The notes under the pieces were generated by a model. It was not told the origin of the DNA, did no database searches, and was given only the letters and a program-made list of their open reading frames with translations. A DNA stretch of 64,000 bases from assembly GCA_041242255.1 (NCBI GenBank), contig JBESAV010000001.1, forward strand, positions 96,001-160,000, read 5' to 3'. Origin of the DNA: Candidatus Altimarinota bacterium (GTDB lineage: Bacteria > Patescibacteriota > Gracilibacteria > UBA1369 > GCA-2718715). Shown piece by piece: positions 1 through 9,989 of this stretch. Both the position numbers and the translations under genes were made by a program. The stretch's first letter is position 1. Each line of letters starts with the position of its first letter.

Positions 1-117
1 CTAGTAATTGCTTCCAAAACTTATTATCCATAATAATTATATTTATTAAACTTTTCATCTAACCCTATTGTTTGTAAGATTATAACAATATAGCCAAGAA
101 TAGTTAAACCAAATCAC

Positions 118-483
118 ATGTCTTCACTTAAGAAACCTCACAAACAAACCATTTTTATTGCCACAACAATCTTCCTTTTCTTCTTCTTCGCACCATTCTA
201 CCACACCCCTGGAGGAAGAGAAGATCTACTGGAAACAGGTTATTCCGAATTCACTTACCCTGATGGTACCGAAATTTCAGTTTGGGAATATCATGAAGAC
301 GCCACTTGGCCTTGTGATGGCTCATGCATTTATTACGACACAACCTGGGCACCATTCGGAGCCTTAGTCCGCAACCATAGTAAAAACGCCTTTTACGTAA
401 CCCCACTTTGGAAGATAGAGATCGAAGACACAAGCAAACTAGGCTTCATCGCCCCACCTCTAAGCACACAAAGCCCTAGGTAA
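118..483 (+). CDS. hypothetical protein with N-terminal membrane anchor
   Basis: 121-aa ORF, ATG start, hydrophobic IFIATTIFLFFFFAPF segment; no family recognised. Confidence 0.55.
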   Translation: MSSLKKPHKQTIFIATTIFLFFFFAPFYHTPGGREDLLETGYSEFTYPDGTEISVWEYHEDATWPCDGSCIYYDTTWAPFGALVRNHSKNAFYVTPLWKIEIEDTSKLGFIAPPLSTQSPR

Positions 484-585
484 TAACATTATTATTCTCA
501 AAAATCAGAGCACAACCTTAAAAATTCAAGAGTATTAGATATCGAGCTAACTAAACATAACTCTAAAGAAACTCACAAACCAAAC

Positions 586-614
586 TAGAAGCTCACCCAA
601 AGGATGAGCCTCTA
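586..614 (-). terminator. intrinsic terminator of 648..1751
   Basis: Minus-strand hairpin GAGGCUCAUCC/GGGUGAGCUUC followed by a U-rich tract. Confidence 0.6.
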
Positions 615-647
615 AATCCAGAATTCCAAATTTAAAATTAATACAAA

Positions 648-1751
648 CTATTCAACAATAAACCCCTCACTCTTATCGGTTTCAAAACCTTCTTCTTCAA
701 CATCTTCAGAATTATAAAAGAAATTTGGTCCCACCCCAGAGTATAAACCTGTAACCTCAACATCAGAAATACTAACCTGAATTCTTTCATCATATGATTC
801 ATTAAAGTAAACCTTTACCTTAAAGTTATATGCATTATTAGGTGTAAAAATAGAGTCCAATTGGTCCATATAAAACCCAAAATTAATATAACTCTGTAGA
901 CCATTCCTAGAAGAATAATCTCCCTGATCTACGTCAAAATCTCCAACCATAGTCTCAATCTTAACACCAGAAATCAAATCTTCAGGAATCTCCCTACCTG
1001 ATTCACTTACAAAGTTTACAACTAAACTATCTACGTCCATATTTTCACCATATGGAGCAAAACTAAATTCATATACAATTCCTTCTCTACCCTCAACCTC
1101 AATCAAATTTCTAGAACTACCAACTATAATATCCAAGTGCCCTTGATCATCAAGCTCTAAATTCTGGAAAGATTCAGCATCTTGCAAACATTCATTCACT
1201 TTAGTCACAGATGTAATAATTTCCTCACCAATCAAATCTACACCTTCATCATTGACCAATTCATCTCCCATATCAAACAAGACACTAAAGCTTTTATAAT
1301 CACCCTCAACCAGCTCAATATCCAAACCTTCAAAAACCAACGCATCTTCACCCTGATAATCCAACTCCCCCAATAACTCTAGGTTATCATCTCTATACAA
1401 ATATATTTTTTTAACTAGAGAAGTGGGTAGATCCTTCCCAGCGACAGCCATAGAAACAGTCAACTTTTCAACTTTTGTATCAGCTGAAGCTTCAAGAGTA
1501 AATTCATGCCCAAGTACATTCTCCTTCCCAGGTAAACCAACTTTCTTTCCAACTACTCCATACGAAACAAACACATTACACATCTCTTCTTTCATTTCTG
1601 GTGTAGTCGTTCCGAGATCGTTCTTTGAGAAATTCTCTTCCAAATTCCATATATCTCCCTGAGAAACTCTATCCTCACCACAAGCACTCATAGCCACCAA
1701 ACTTATTAAACCAGCCTTAACTACTTTTTCTCTATTAAAAATACCTTCCAT
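648..1751 (-). CDS. hypothetical acidic lipoprotein-like protein, beta-rich
   Basis: 367-aa ORF; lipobox-like AMSA-C; two similar beta-rich halves. Confidence 0.7.
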   Translation of the reverse strand: MEGIFNREKVVKAGLISLVAMSACGEDRVSQGDIWNLEENFSKNDLGTTTPEMKEEMCNVFVSYGVVGKKVGLPGKENVLGHEFTLEASADTKVEKLTVSMAVAGKDLPTSLVKKIYLYRDDNLELLGELDYQGEDALVFEGLDIELVEGDYKSFSVLFDMGDELVNDEGVDLIGEEIITSVTKVNECLQDAESFQNLELDDQGHLDIIVGSSRNLIEVEGREGIVYEFSFAPYGENMDVDSLVVNFVSESGREIPEDLISGVKIETMVGDFDVDQGDYSSRNGLQSYINFGFYMDQLDSIFTPNNAYNFKVKVYFNESYDERIQVSISDVEVTGLYSGVGPNFFYNSEDVEEEGFETDKSEGFIVE

Positions 1752-1929
1752 AACTTAAACTTATATTAACTTAACGTACCGTAACACATACTGCAGATTC
1801 ATCAACTAATGACTTATAAAAACAGCAAATTCCTAAACATAATTTCCTAAAAACACACTTTTATATTACAATTAAAAAAACCCCTTTTTTTCGTTGTGGG
1901 GATATAATTCAACGTGAGCAAAATCGCTC

Positions 1930-2388
1930 TTATGCTACTTCATACACTTTCAACAGTGTTGCAATCTTAGCCTCTCCCTGAACGCTACGCTTGTAATCAC
2001 GGCGTTGACGGGGAGTTAACTTACGACCTGGTCGAGACAAACAGGCTTTGCATAACGAGTCATCATCCTCGTCAAGCTGACCTTCCACAACGGCTAGGGC
2101 CAACAACCCTTGCAACATTTCACTGTATTTATCTTCAGGTACACGACTTGCTATCGCCTTCTCAAGGCTAGCACGATCATTCGGAACTCCCATAAAATCT
2201 GCCAGACTTTTAAAATCTGACTTTTGAATTTCCTCAATAAATTTTTCGTCAAACAGTGAAAACATCCAGTTACTACATTCGGGGCTGCACTCCATTTCAA
2301 AGAGCATACTAATATGCCCAAATGTTCTGTCATACTCCCGATCACTTGTGATGATCGCAAAGTCTCGAGCCACATCAACCATGTCCAT
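1930..2388 (-). CDS. hypothetical protein, weak TerB-like motif
   Basis: 152-aa ORF with GGAGG SD just upstream; LLALAVVEGQLDEDD resembles the TerB A(D)GxxxxxE motif. Confidence 0.6.
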   Translation of the reverse strand: MDMVDVARDFAIITSDREYDRTFGHISMLFEMECSPECSNWMFSLFDEKFIEEIQKSDFKSLADFMGVPNDRASLEKAIASRVPEDKYSEMLQGLLALAVVEGQLDEDDDSLCKACLSRPGRKLTPRQRRDYKRSVQGEAKIATLLKVYEVA

Positions 2389-2417
2389 CGTTTACCTCCT
2401 TTTTGTTTCCTAGCCAT

Positions 2418-2587
2418 AGAAATAATTGCATAGAATTATGCAAGTTTTTGATGACTAGACTTAGCAAGTAGCATATCTGAATTTAAACTTATTATAATTT
2501 ACAACAGTAGATTAACTACATTGCAAATTAATATTTATGTTAAATACAGACAAATACTTGCTAAAACTTTATGTAAATGATCTAAGC
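2418..2587 (-). ncRNA. candidate structured 5' leader or sRNA
   Basis: ~104-nt imperfect inverted repeat 2461-2564 plus hairpin TTGCATA-N4-TATGCAA with a U-rich tail, downstream of a sigma70-like promoter. Confidence 0.4.
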
Positions 2588-2593
2588 TCACAC

Positions 2594-2621
2594 AGAGTAG
2601 CATCAAAACTAAGTTTGTCAA
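2594..2621 (-). promoter_or_regulatory. sigma70-type promoter
   Basis: TTGACA (2621-2616), 16 bp spacer, extended -10 TGcTACTCT. Confidence 0.5.
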
Positions 2622-2796
2622 TAATTAATGCTTAAGCTATCACTTTATAAAAATTGAAATTTACATATTCATAAAAAACTATAAATAAAACATTACTAAA
2701 TTCTCTAATAAATTTAACCCTCATACATTTGACTATTTTATGCTCTTTTATGAGTATTTGTATGTATAAAGACGATGCAAACATTCATCCAATCAC

Positions 2797-3126
2797 TTAT
2801 ACAAACGGGCTAAAACCAATAAAACTAACCACACCAAACAAAAATGGAACCCCAATATTCAAAAGATAATACATCACCTTATAAACTTCTCCGGATAAAC
2901 CTCTTTTCATAGAAATTTTCTCAATAAAATACAAAACCAAAAAAGAAAACATACTATATCCCAGGACCAAACCTAACATTATATACCATAAGTAAGTAAT
3001 CCATCCTAAAACCATTGGAACTCCTGCAAAAACATTCCACATTCCCGCATCAAAAGCTATACCTAACGATCCTCCCATCACAAAAGCAACCAAAACTAAT
3101 CCAAACATTTTCAAAAACTTTTTCAT
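2797..3126 (-). CDS. small integral membrane protein
   Basis: 109-aa ORF with about 3 hydrophobic segments. Confidence 0.65.
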   Translation of the reverse strand: MKKFLKMFGLVLVAFVMGGSLGIAFDAGMWNVFAGVPMVLGWITYLWYIMLGLVLGYSMFSFLVLYFIEKISMKRGLSGEVYKVMYYLLNIGVPFLFGVVSFIGFSPFV

Positions 3127-3243
3127 GTAAATTATTAAACAACTAAATTTAATTTACACATACCACCCAACATCTCCAAAATATTCACCTCGCCAAACCC
3201 CCACCCAAACCTATAAAATAAACTAAATCAATAAATCAACAAA

Positions 3244-4404
3244 ATGCCCCACCTAAAAACTACCTCCATCCTCCTAGCAACACTCTTCCTCACCGCCTGC
3301 TCCACCCTCCCTTCAGAACTTCCCCAAAGCACCCCAAGCGAACAACCACCAAAAGAAATCACTTCCCAAGAAGACATCCTCACAGATCTTTCTAACCCAT
3401 GGGGCCTAACCTGGCTAAACGATGGCCAAATGCTCATCACCGAACGTGCAGGAACACTCTGGCTTTTCAACCCAACCGATAATTCTAAAACCCAAGTCCA
3501 AAACCTACCTCAAGTCTTTGCTCAAGGACAAGGCGGACTACTCGACATAAGCACCGACCCTATAAACCCAGAGGAAGGTTGGATCTACATAACCTACTCA
3601 GCTGGAACTCAAGACGCTAACCGTACTCAAGTCGCAAGATATAAACTCAACCAACTCTCCAACCCACCCACTCTTCAAGATGAAGAAGTTATCTTCACCA
3701 ACAACGAATTCAAATCCGGAACCCAACATTTCGGATCAAGACTAGCTTGGCTTCCAGACGGAACCTTATTAGTTTCAGTTGGAGACGGAGGAAACCCACC
3801 ACTTAGATTCAACGGCAAACTCCAAAGACTCCAAGCTCAAGAACCAACTACCCTTTTCGGAAACATAGTTCGCATTAACCCAGACGGTTCAATCCCAGAA
3901 GACAACCCATTCCTTGATCAAGAAGATTACCAACCTGAGCTTTTCACAATAGGACACAGAAACATCCAAGGGCTTGCTATAGACTCAGCTACAGGACAAA
4001 TCTGGTCTTCCGAACACGGATCCCGAGGCGGAGACGAGCTAAACCTCATTCAAGCTGGAGAAAACTTTGGTTGGCCACTCGTAACTCATAGTCGAGAATA
4101 CGTAAGCCTCCAACCTATCTCAGAATTCCAAACCCTAGAAGGCTATACCGACCCAAAACTAGTTTGGTCAGAAACAGTAGCTCCATCTGGACTTGCTGCG
4201 CTAAACAACACTATTTACGCTGGGGGCCTAGTCACACAATCTCTTCACGTCATAACCGTAAATGAAAATTACGAATTCCAAACCGAAGAAATCACCCCAA
4301 TCAACCAAAGAGTTCGTGAAGTAGAGATCGGACCAGAAGGAGACCTTTGGTTGCTAACCGACGAATCACCAGATGGAAAACTCATTAAACTCACACTCAA
4401 CTAA
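3244..4404 (+). CDS. PQQ-dependent sugar dehydrogenase (GSDH/YliI family) lipoprotein
   Basis: Motifs LxxPWGL, GQGGLLD, HFGSRL, GHRNIQGL, EHGxRGGDELN, NFGWP; lipobox LTA-C. Confidence 0.93.
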   Translation: MPHLKTTSILLATLFLTACSTLPSELPQSTPSEQPPKEITSQEDILTDLSNPWGLTWLNDGQMLITERAGTLWLFNPTDNSKTQVQNLPQVFAQGQGGLLDISTDPINPEEGWIYITYSAGTQDANRTQVARYKLNQLSNPPTLQDEEVIFTNNEFKSGTQHFGSRLAWLPDGTLLVSVGDGGNPPLRFNGKLQRLQAQEPTTLFGNIVRINPDGSIPEDNPFLDQEDYQPELFTIGHRNIQGLAIDSATGQIWSSEHGSRGGDELNLIQAGENFGWPLVTHSREYVSLQPISEFQTLEGYTDPKLVWSETVAPSGLAALNNTIYAGGLVTQSLHVITVNENYEFQTEEITPINQRVREVEIGPEGDLWLLTDESPDGKLIKLTLN

Positions 4405-4445
4405 ACACATATCTCGCAAATCTAATCACAAAAATTAATCCCAAC

Positions 4446-5681
4446 ATGTACTACATAGCAAACCTACTGATACTAAGCACTATATTCTTTCTATTCCCAT
4501 GGATAGAAAGAATTTCACATAGACTAAAGATATCTTACTCAATCCCACTTATAATCATAAGCACCCTAGCCTTCTTCCTAACCTCAAACTTCCACATTTT
4601 TGATCCAATCCAAAACAAAGCCATCCTAACCCATTTCACTGAGCTAATTGTCATAATATCTTTAATGAATGCAGGCTTAAGCATAGACAAAAATTTCTCA
4701 CTCAAAAGATGGAAAATCCCATTCATCCTAGTAACATTTGGAATGGGATTATTCATGATAGGAACATTCTTCTTTAGCCAAAGTTATTTAGAAATACCGA
4801 TTGCCTCAGCTCTCCTACTCATGAGTGTTTTAGCACCAACAGATCCAGTTTTGGCTTCAGACGTACAGGTTGGACCACCTAATGACGATGCCGAAACAAG
4901 TAAAACCAAATTAAACTTATCTTTAGAAGCTGGTTTAAACGATGGACTAGCCTTCCCTTTTGTATGGCTTGCCACAAACTACGCCAATCACTCTCATAAA
5001 GTTGGTTGGTTATCTGATTGGGTAATAAACGACCTATTCTACAAACTACTCATAGGAGTAATTGCGGGAATAGTTATAGGAAAACTAACCTCATTTTTAT
5101 TCTTCAAACTTCCAGGGGTAATGGACGCCAGAGAAGTCAGATACGGCTTTGTAGCACTTTCAGCAACCTTACTCACATATGCCTTCACTGAGTTAATTGG
5201 TGGGTATGGGTTCATAGCAGTCTTCATCGCAGCTATCGCCATAAGGAATTACGAACTTAAACACAACTACCATAGAAGACTTCATGAGTTCAACAGCCAA
5301 GTCGAACACACCCTTCTCATAATAGCCCTAGTCTTCCTAACAGGAACAGCCATCACATATTTCCAAAATGGATTTGACTACAAGTACATAATCTTCGCTT
5401 TAGTTCTAATATTCATCATAAGACCTATTTCAGCCTTTTTATTCCTACCCAAAAACAAAAAAGCACTCAAAAGCAACCTCCTAATATCATTCTTTGGAAT
5501 AAAAGGAATAGGCTCCCTATTCTACTTATCCTACGCCTCCAACAAAGCCAACTTCCAAGGTTTATCAGAACTCTGGACAATAACTTTCACAGTCATGATT
5601 GTATCAATAATAGTCCACGGCCTAACCGCTCCATCATTTTTCCACGAAAAAATTCACGAAAATAGTAAAACAGAAAATTAA
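4446..5681 (+). CDS. cation:proton antiporter (CPA1/NhaP family)
   Basis: LAPTDPVLA and EAGLNDG motifs, FFGIKGIGS, many TM helices. Confidence 0.9.
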   Translation: MYYIANLLILSTIFFLFPWIERISHRLKISYSIPLIIISTLAFFLTSNFHIFDPIQNKAILTHFTELIVIISLMNAGLSIDKNFSLKRWKIPFILVTFGMGLFMIGTFFFSQSYLEIPIASALLLMSVLAPTDPVLASDVQVGPPNDDAETSKTKLNLSLEAGLNDGLAFPFVWLATNYANHSHKVGWLSDWVINDLFYKLLIGVIAGIVIGKLTSFLFFKLPGVMDAREVRYGFVALSATLLTYAFTELIGGYGFIAVFIAAIAIRNYELKHNYHRRLHEFNSQVEHTLLIIALVFLTGTAITYFQNGFDYKYIIFALVLIFIIRPISAFLFLPKNKKALKSNLLISFFGIKGIGSLFYLSYASNKANFQGLSELWTITFTVMIVSIIVHGLTAPSFFHEKIHENSKTEN

Positions 5682-6334
5682 CTACAAAACTTCTCAAAAT
5701 ATTCCTCAAACACATCCATAGTTCTCCCATAAACTTTTTCAATCCTTTCCAAAAGATTCTCATCCTCTCTCATTTTATGAACCATCTTTTCTATCTTTTT
5801 TGAATTCTCATCTGAAACATTCCACTCATCCCACAAAGCCTCAATATCCTTAACAGTTACATTCGGGACTTTCATATAAAAGTTCTTATAACTCAAATTA
5901 TATCGCCGCATAATATCCGGATCTTCACCATTCGGAGTCTCCACATAATCCAACCCATCTAAGTATTTGTGAATATCAAAACTAACCACATCAAATTTAT
6001 CCTGAATAATCTTCAATGCACTCCTAACTATCCAATCCTCCTCCCAGGTCATCTCTGGGTTACCATTTTTCAAAATATCCTCAAACATTTCTGTATGAAC
6101 ATCCTGCTGAACTTTGTCATACAACACGTGGGTGGCCCAACCTTTCTTGAAATCATCATCCCACCAAAAAATCCTCTCCATCTGAGATTCATCATGGGTT
6201 AAACCTCTATCAACTCCAGTCACATATCTGCTATCTGGATAAATACACCCAGCCACATACTCCTTATAGTCTTTTACCCTAAAACTATCCCTAACCTCCA
6301 TTGCAAATCTAATATGTGTTCCTTCCAAAGCCAT
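5678..6334 (-). CDS. zinc-dependent phospholipase C-like protein
   Basis: Pattern TH...GxxxPD...TH...GWxxHxxxD; start placed at MALEGTH. Confidence 0.6.
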   Translation of the reverse strand: MALEGTHIRFAMEVRDSFRVKDYKEYVAGCIYPDSRYVTGVDRGLTHDESQMERIFWWDDDFKKGWATHVLYDKVQQDVHTEMFEDILKNGNPEMTWEEDWIVRSALKIIQDKFDVVSFDIHKYLDGLDYVETPNGEDPDIMRRYNLSYKNFYMKVPNVTVKDIEALWDEWNVSDENSKKIEKMVHKMREDENLLERIEKVYGRTMDVFEEYFEKFCS

Positions 6335-6425
6335 AACAAACCATAAATAAGTGCATATATTAAAACATATTCCCACCACAAAGCAAACCACAAATAGTTA
6401 TCATAACTTAAAACAGAAAGTAGCT

Positions 6426-7139
6426 CTACAAAACTCTTATCTCACTATTCATCAAATCATACCAATCTTTATAACCAGCACTAGATGGATGAAAATAATC
6501 ATCTGCATAAAACTTATCTGGCTCTAGATAAAACGGGTCATTCTCCAACTCCCGAAACATATCAACATATTTAACATTTTCAAAACCTTGAACAACATCT
6601 AAATACATCGATCTAAACTTTTTAGTCCTATGAGTATAGTAAGGCCTCACAAACCATGGAAATAATTTACTCGTACCAACATTACCCCCATGAAAAACAA
6701 TAACTTCAGGAGCCACCACACTTATCTCCCTCAAAATATTAACTAAATTCTCTTCAACCTGTTCAATATCAATCAATCTCACAATATCATTACCACCTAT
6801 TTGCAACACCACCAAACTATACTCATCCAAATTTTTCTCTCCTAATAAACTCAAAACATCTTCAGTCTTGTAACCATTTACTGCCAAATTCTCTATCATA
6901 ACATCCGGATACTCAGCACCCAAATACCCTGCCACACTCTCTGCAGGGACAGAGGCACCTGTCCCAACAGCTGAACTATCTCCTAAAAACAATACCTTCT
7001 TCCCATCACCATCTTGCTCATATGCATTTGCTTTCTCTGCAATCCCAACTCCTATTTCAATAAACCTTACTGTCCTTTTGTACTCATAAAATCCATACAG
7101 TAAAACCAACAACAAAGTGACAATTAAAACCTTATACAT
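6426..7139 (-). CDS. SGNH/GDSL hydrolase
   Basis: LGDS, NLAVNG, IGGND and DxFHP blocks; N-terminal TM. Confidence 0.92.
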   Translation of the reverse strand: MYKVLIVTLLLVLLYGFYEYKRTVRFIEIGVGIAEKANAYEQDGDGKKVLFLGDSSAVGTGASVPAESVAGYLGAEYPDVMIENLAVNGYKTEDVLSLLGEKNLDEYSLVVLQIGGNDIVRLIDIEQVEENLVNILREISVVAPEVIVFHGGNVGTSKLFPWFVRPYYTHRTKKFRSMYLDVVQGFENVKYVDMFRELENDPFYLEPDKFYADDYFHPSSAGYKDWYDLMNSEIRVL

Positions 7140-7187
7140 ACAATTTCTTTATTCTAAGTTTCATATTTACAATTTAAGCAACAACTA

Positions 7188-7775
7188 CTACAACCTCTCA
7201 AAAGTAAGATCCACTTCAAAATCATCTCCAGCCATCCACACTAAGCTATCTCCATTACAATCATAATCAACAGCTCTTGAAGTTAAACTATCCAGATCAA
7301 TTCTGTATCCAGCCGCACCTCCTGCTCTACCTTCAACATCAACACTCGCTCCTTTATTAACAATTTGACCATCAGACAATTCATAACCAGCCTCACCAGA
7401 AGCATCAATCTCAACAGGCACAGTTATTCCCATCATAGTAGCAGTTACTTCAAAGTCATTATCTGACATGCTCATAGTTTCTTCATCAAAACTAATAATC
7501 AGATCTCCAGAATCAGTAGAAGTTATCTCACCACCAACCGGACTTCCTTCCATTGCTCCAGCCACCATAGCCTCCAAATATTCACTGAAATTAGTCATCT
7601 TCCAGTCCCCGATCACACAGCTATCTTCTGATACCTCACCTACTTCAGACCCATCTCCACCATCAGTCACAGTCCCAGAAGTCACAACTGTATCACCTTC
7701 AACTGTTGTCTCTAAATCATTTCCACATCCAACAAGAAACAAAGCAATAAGCCCAAAAGCTAAAACCTTTTTCAT
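7188..7775 (-). CDS. hypothetical lipoprotein
   Basis: MKK...LVG-C lipobox; CxxGxW pattern. Confidence 0.75.
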   Translation of the reverse strand: MKKVLAFGLIALFLVGCGNDLETTVEGDTVVTSGTVTDGGDGSEVGEVSEDSCVIGDWKMTNFSEYLEAMVAGAMEGSPVGGEITSTDSGDLIISFDEETMSMSDNDFEVTATMMGITVPVEIDASGEAGYELSDGQIVNKGASVDVEGRAGGAAGYRIDLDSLTSRAVDYDCNGDSLVWMAGDDFEVDLTFERL

Positions 7776-7841
7776 AATTTAAAAATTAAATACCTTAAAG
7801 GCATTATACACATTAACACTTAAGACAAAAGCCATACCCAA

Positions 7842-8729
7842 TCAAAACTTTAGTACATCATGCACACACAAAGCCTCAGGCTTGTTCCATTTTGAAATAC
7901 CCAACAACCTCGAAGATCTCTGCGTAGTATGAGGAGAAGGGATAGCAATTATCCTTTGATCAACCAAAGCTCTTTCAAAAACTGGAATATCATTTGAACC
8001 ATCTCCAAAGAAAATTAACCTCTCAAAATCACCCTCAATTTCCATTTTCTTATCAATCGCTTTCATTTTATTTACATTCCTTGGGTTAATTGAAACACAA
8101 TGATGACCTTGAAAAGAAAAGAAATAATGACAATCAATTTTATCAGTCATACCCATCATTTTTTCTATAAGTTCCAAAGCTTCATCCTCAGATTCCAAAC
8201 ATGAAAGATATCCCACAAAACATTGTTCAGATCCAACCTTATCAATTCCATAATAATCCTTCGCCATAAAGTAAACCTTTTCACTATTCAAAGACATATA
8301 GTGAGCATCTCTAGTATCAAAAGAATACTTCACATCTAATTCATCCAACAACTCGCATACTAATTTCCTAAACTCACTACACAAACTTCTCTCATAAATA
8401 GCATTCCCATACAAATCTGAAATTATCGCCCCATCAAACATCACATGCCTAGTATTCATAAAGCGTTCTAGTAAAGACTTTTCACCTCTTCCATCAAATG
8501 AATTAACCACCCAATCAACAACAGACCAAGGAGGTCTACCAGTAGCCAAAAAAACTTCCTCCACCCCGCTATCATATAGAAATTTTATAAACTCAACCAA
8601 ATCACCAAAATTATTTTCAGCAGAATGCCCCAACCCTTCAGTCAAAGTACCATCCACATCCAACGCCACTTTCGATCCATTCAATAAATCCACATGACTT
8701 TGAAAGTCTTCTTTTAAACTATTATTCAT
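7842..8729 (-). CDS. HAD-superfamily hydrolase (Cof-like, IIB)
   Basis: DVDGT, ATGR, NK and FGDGxND motifs. Confidence 0.88.
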   Translation of the reverse strand: MNNSLKEDFQSHVDLLNGSKVALDVDGTLTEGLGHSAENNFGDLVEFIKFLYDSGVEEVFLATGRPPWSVVDWVVNSFDGRGEKSLLERFMNTRHVMFDGAIISDLYGNAIYERSLCSEFRKLVCELLDELDVKYSFDTRDAHYMSLNSEKVYFMAKDYYGIDKVGSEQCFVGYLSCLESEDEALELIEKMMGMTDKIDCHYFFSFQGHHCVSINPRNVNKMKAIDKKMEIEGDFERLIFFGDGSNDIPVFERALVDQRIIAIPSPHTTQRSSRLLGISKWNKPEALCVHDVLKF

Positions 8730-8738
8730 ATTTTCAAA

Positions 8739-9395
8739 TTAAACTTTCTCAGTAAACAAAACCCTCTTCCTTCCAGCATCATAATCTTCCTGATTCAGAT
8801 CATGTATCGCTCTCATGATAGTTTCATAAGAAAACTCCAAATCCTCCCCAAATTGAGTCCCAGGATCATTTACTACAAACATATCAGTTTCAGGATCATA
8901 ACCTTTCACCACCATCACATGATAATCCGGACCACCTCCAGTGTAATAGGGGTTATTTAACTCTGGTGCGTAAACCGGAATAATAATCGGCCTCATATTT
9001 TCAATCTCTACTTTCATCGCATTCAAACTAGGTGCATCCACAATCTTCCCCCTCCATCCGACATCAAGCTCATCAATAAGCTCAACCATAGTTTCCAAAC
9101 TCTCATCTAAACTCTGATCAATCTCCCGCTCTTTCACATTCAAAATATCTAAAATCTCACTTTTAGCCTCCTCCACATCAATCTCATCATCTCCCTCATA
9201 AAAAGCATCAACCATCAAAATCGATGTTTCTTCACATGCATTCAACCATGGTTCATACCAATTCTTTTCAGGTGCCTGACTAGTAAAAGGAACAGCCAAT
9301 TCCTCCCCATCTAAATCCTTAACACCTTTCTCATATCCTAACACACCCATAACTCCAACTAAACATACAAATCCCAACCGCAAAATATTAACCAT
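8739..9395 (-). CDS. C39-like peptidase
   Basis: VPFTSQAP...ACEE, YHVMVVKGYD, VNDPG. Confidence 0.85.
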   Translation of the reverse strand: MVNILRLGFVCLVGVMGVLGYEKGVKDLDGEELAVPFTSQAPEKNWYEPWLNACEETSILMVDAFYEGDDEIDVEEAKSEILDILNVKEREIDQSLDESLETMVELIDELDVGWRGKIVDAPSLNAMKVEIENMRPIIIPVYAPELNNPYYTGGGPDYHVMVVKGYDPETDMFVVNDPGTQFGEDLEFSYETIMRAIHDLNQEDYDAGRKRVLFTEKV

Positions 9396-9481
9396 ATAAG
9401 TTTTTACTATTTCCTTAAATATAACCTAAAAACAAAGCAACCACAAAGCTTGTAGTTGCTTATTCTAAAATCAAACTAAAT

Positions 9482-9928
9482 TTATCCGCAATTTATACAA
9501 TCAGAAAAATCAATCACACTTAACGCTTCAGAATCAATCAAAGCCTCAAGTTCAATTGGCATAAAAGCTTCAGATCTCTCACAACTATTTTCTTCACAAA
9601 CAAAACCAAGTTCTTCAAGCTCCATTACTGCACCAGCATTTTCACCTTCCATTAAGACAACTCTTAAACCTCCTTCATATGATTGATCAAATCCAGTCTC
9701 AGCCAACCTATCTTCCCCACAATCAATAGCAGTCAACATTTGACCAAGCCTATCACCTTCAACACCAAACCTAGGATTAACCGGATAAATCTCAGATCCC
9801 ATTTCAGACATTTCTGAACCCTGACAATAATCTTTACCATTATCACCCACTACTATCATCTCCTCATCAACTCCTGCTGAACAACCAACCAAAAACATCA
9901 CCACCAAAATCAAAGAAAATTTCTTCAT
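9482..9928 (-). CDS. hypothetical Cys-rich lipoprotein
   Basis: Start at MKKFS; lipobox LVG-C; terminal CxxC. Confidence 0.7.
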   Translation of the reverse strand: MKKFSLILVVMFLVGCSAGVDEEMIVVGDNGKDYCQGSEMSEMGSEIYPVNPRFGVEGDRLGQMLTAIDCGEDRLAETGFDQSYEGGLRVVLMEGENAGAVMELEELGFVCEENSCERSEAFMPIELEALIDSEALSVIDFSDCINCG

Positions 9929-9989
9929 ACCAATTATTAAATTAATCAAATCTAGATTACCACAAACCAAAACTGAAACTAACCCAACT

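Noticed and set aside
25-33. DnaA-box-like TTATCCATA
   Set aside because: Single mismatched box with no cluster and no skew inversion.
2443-2610. Retron msr-msd or integron attC interpretation of the long hairpin
   Set aside because: No reverse transcriptase or integrase in the window; the msr-equivalent segment is too short; ends lack RYYYAAC/GTTRRRY.
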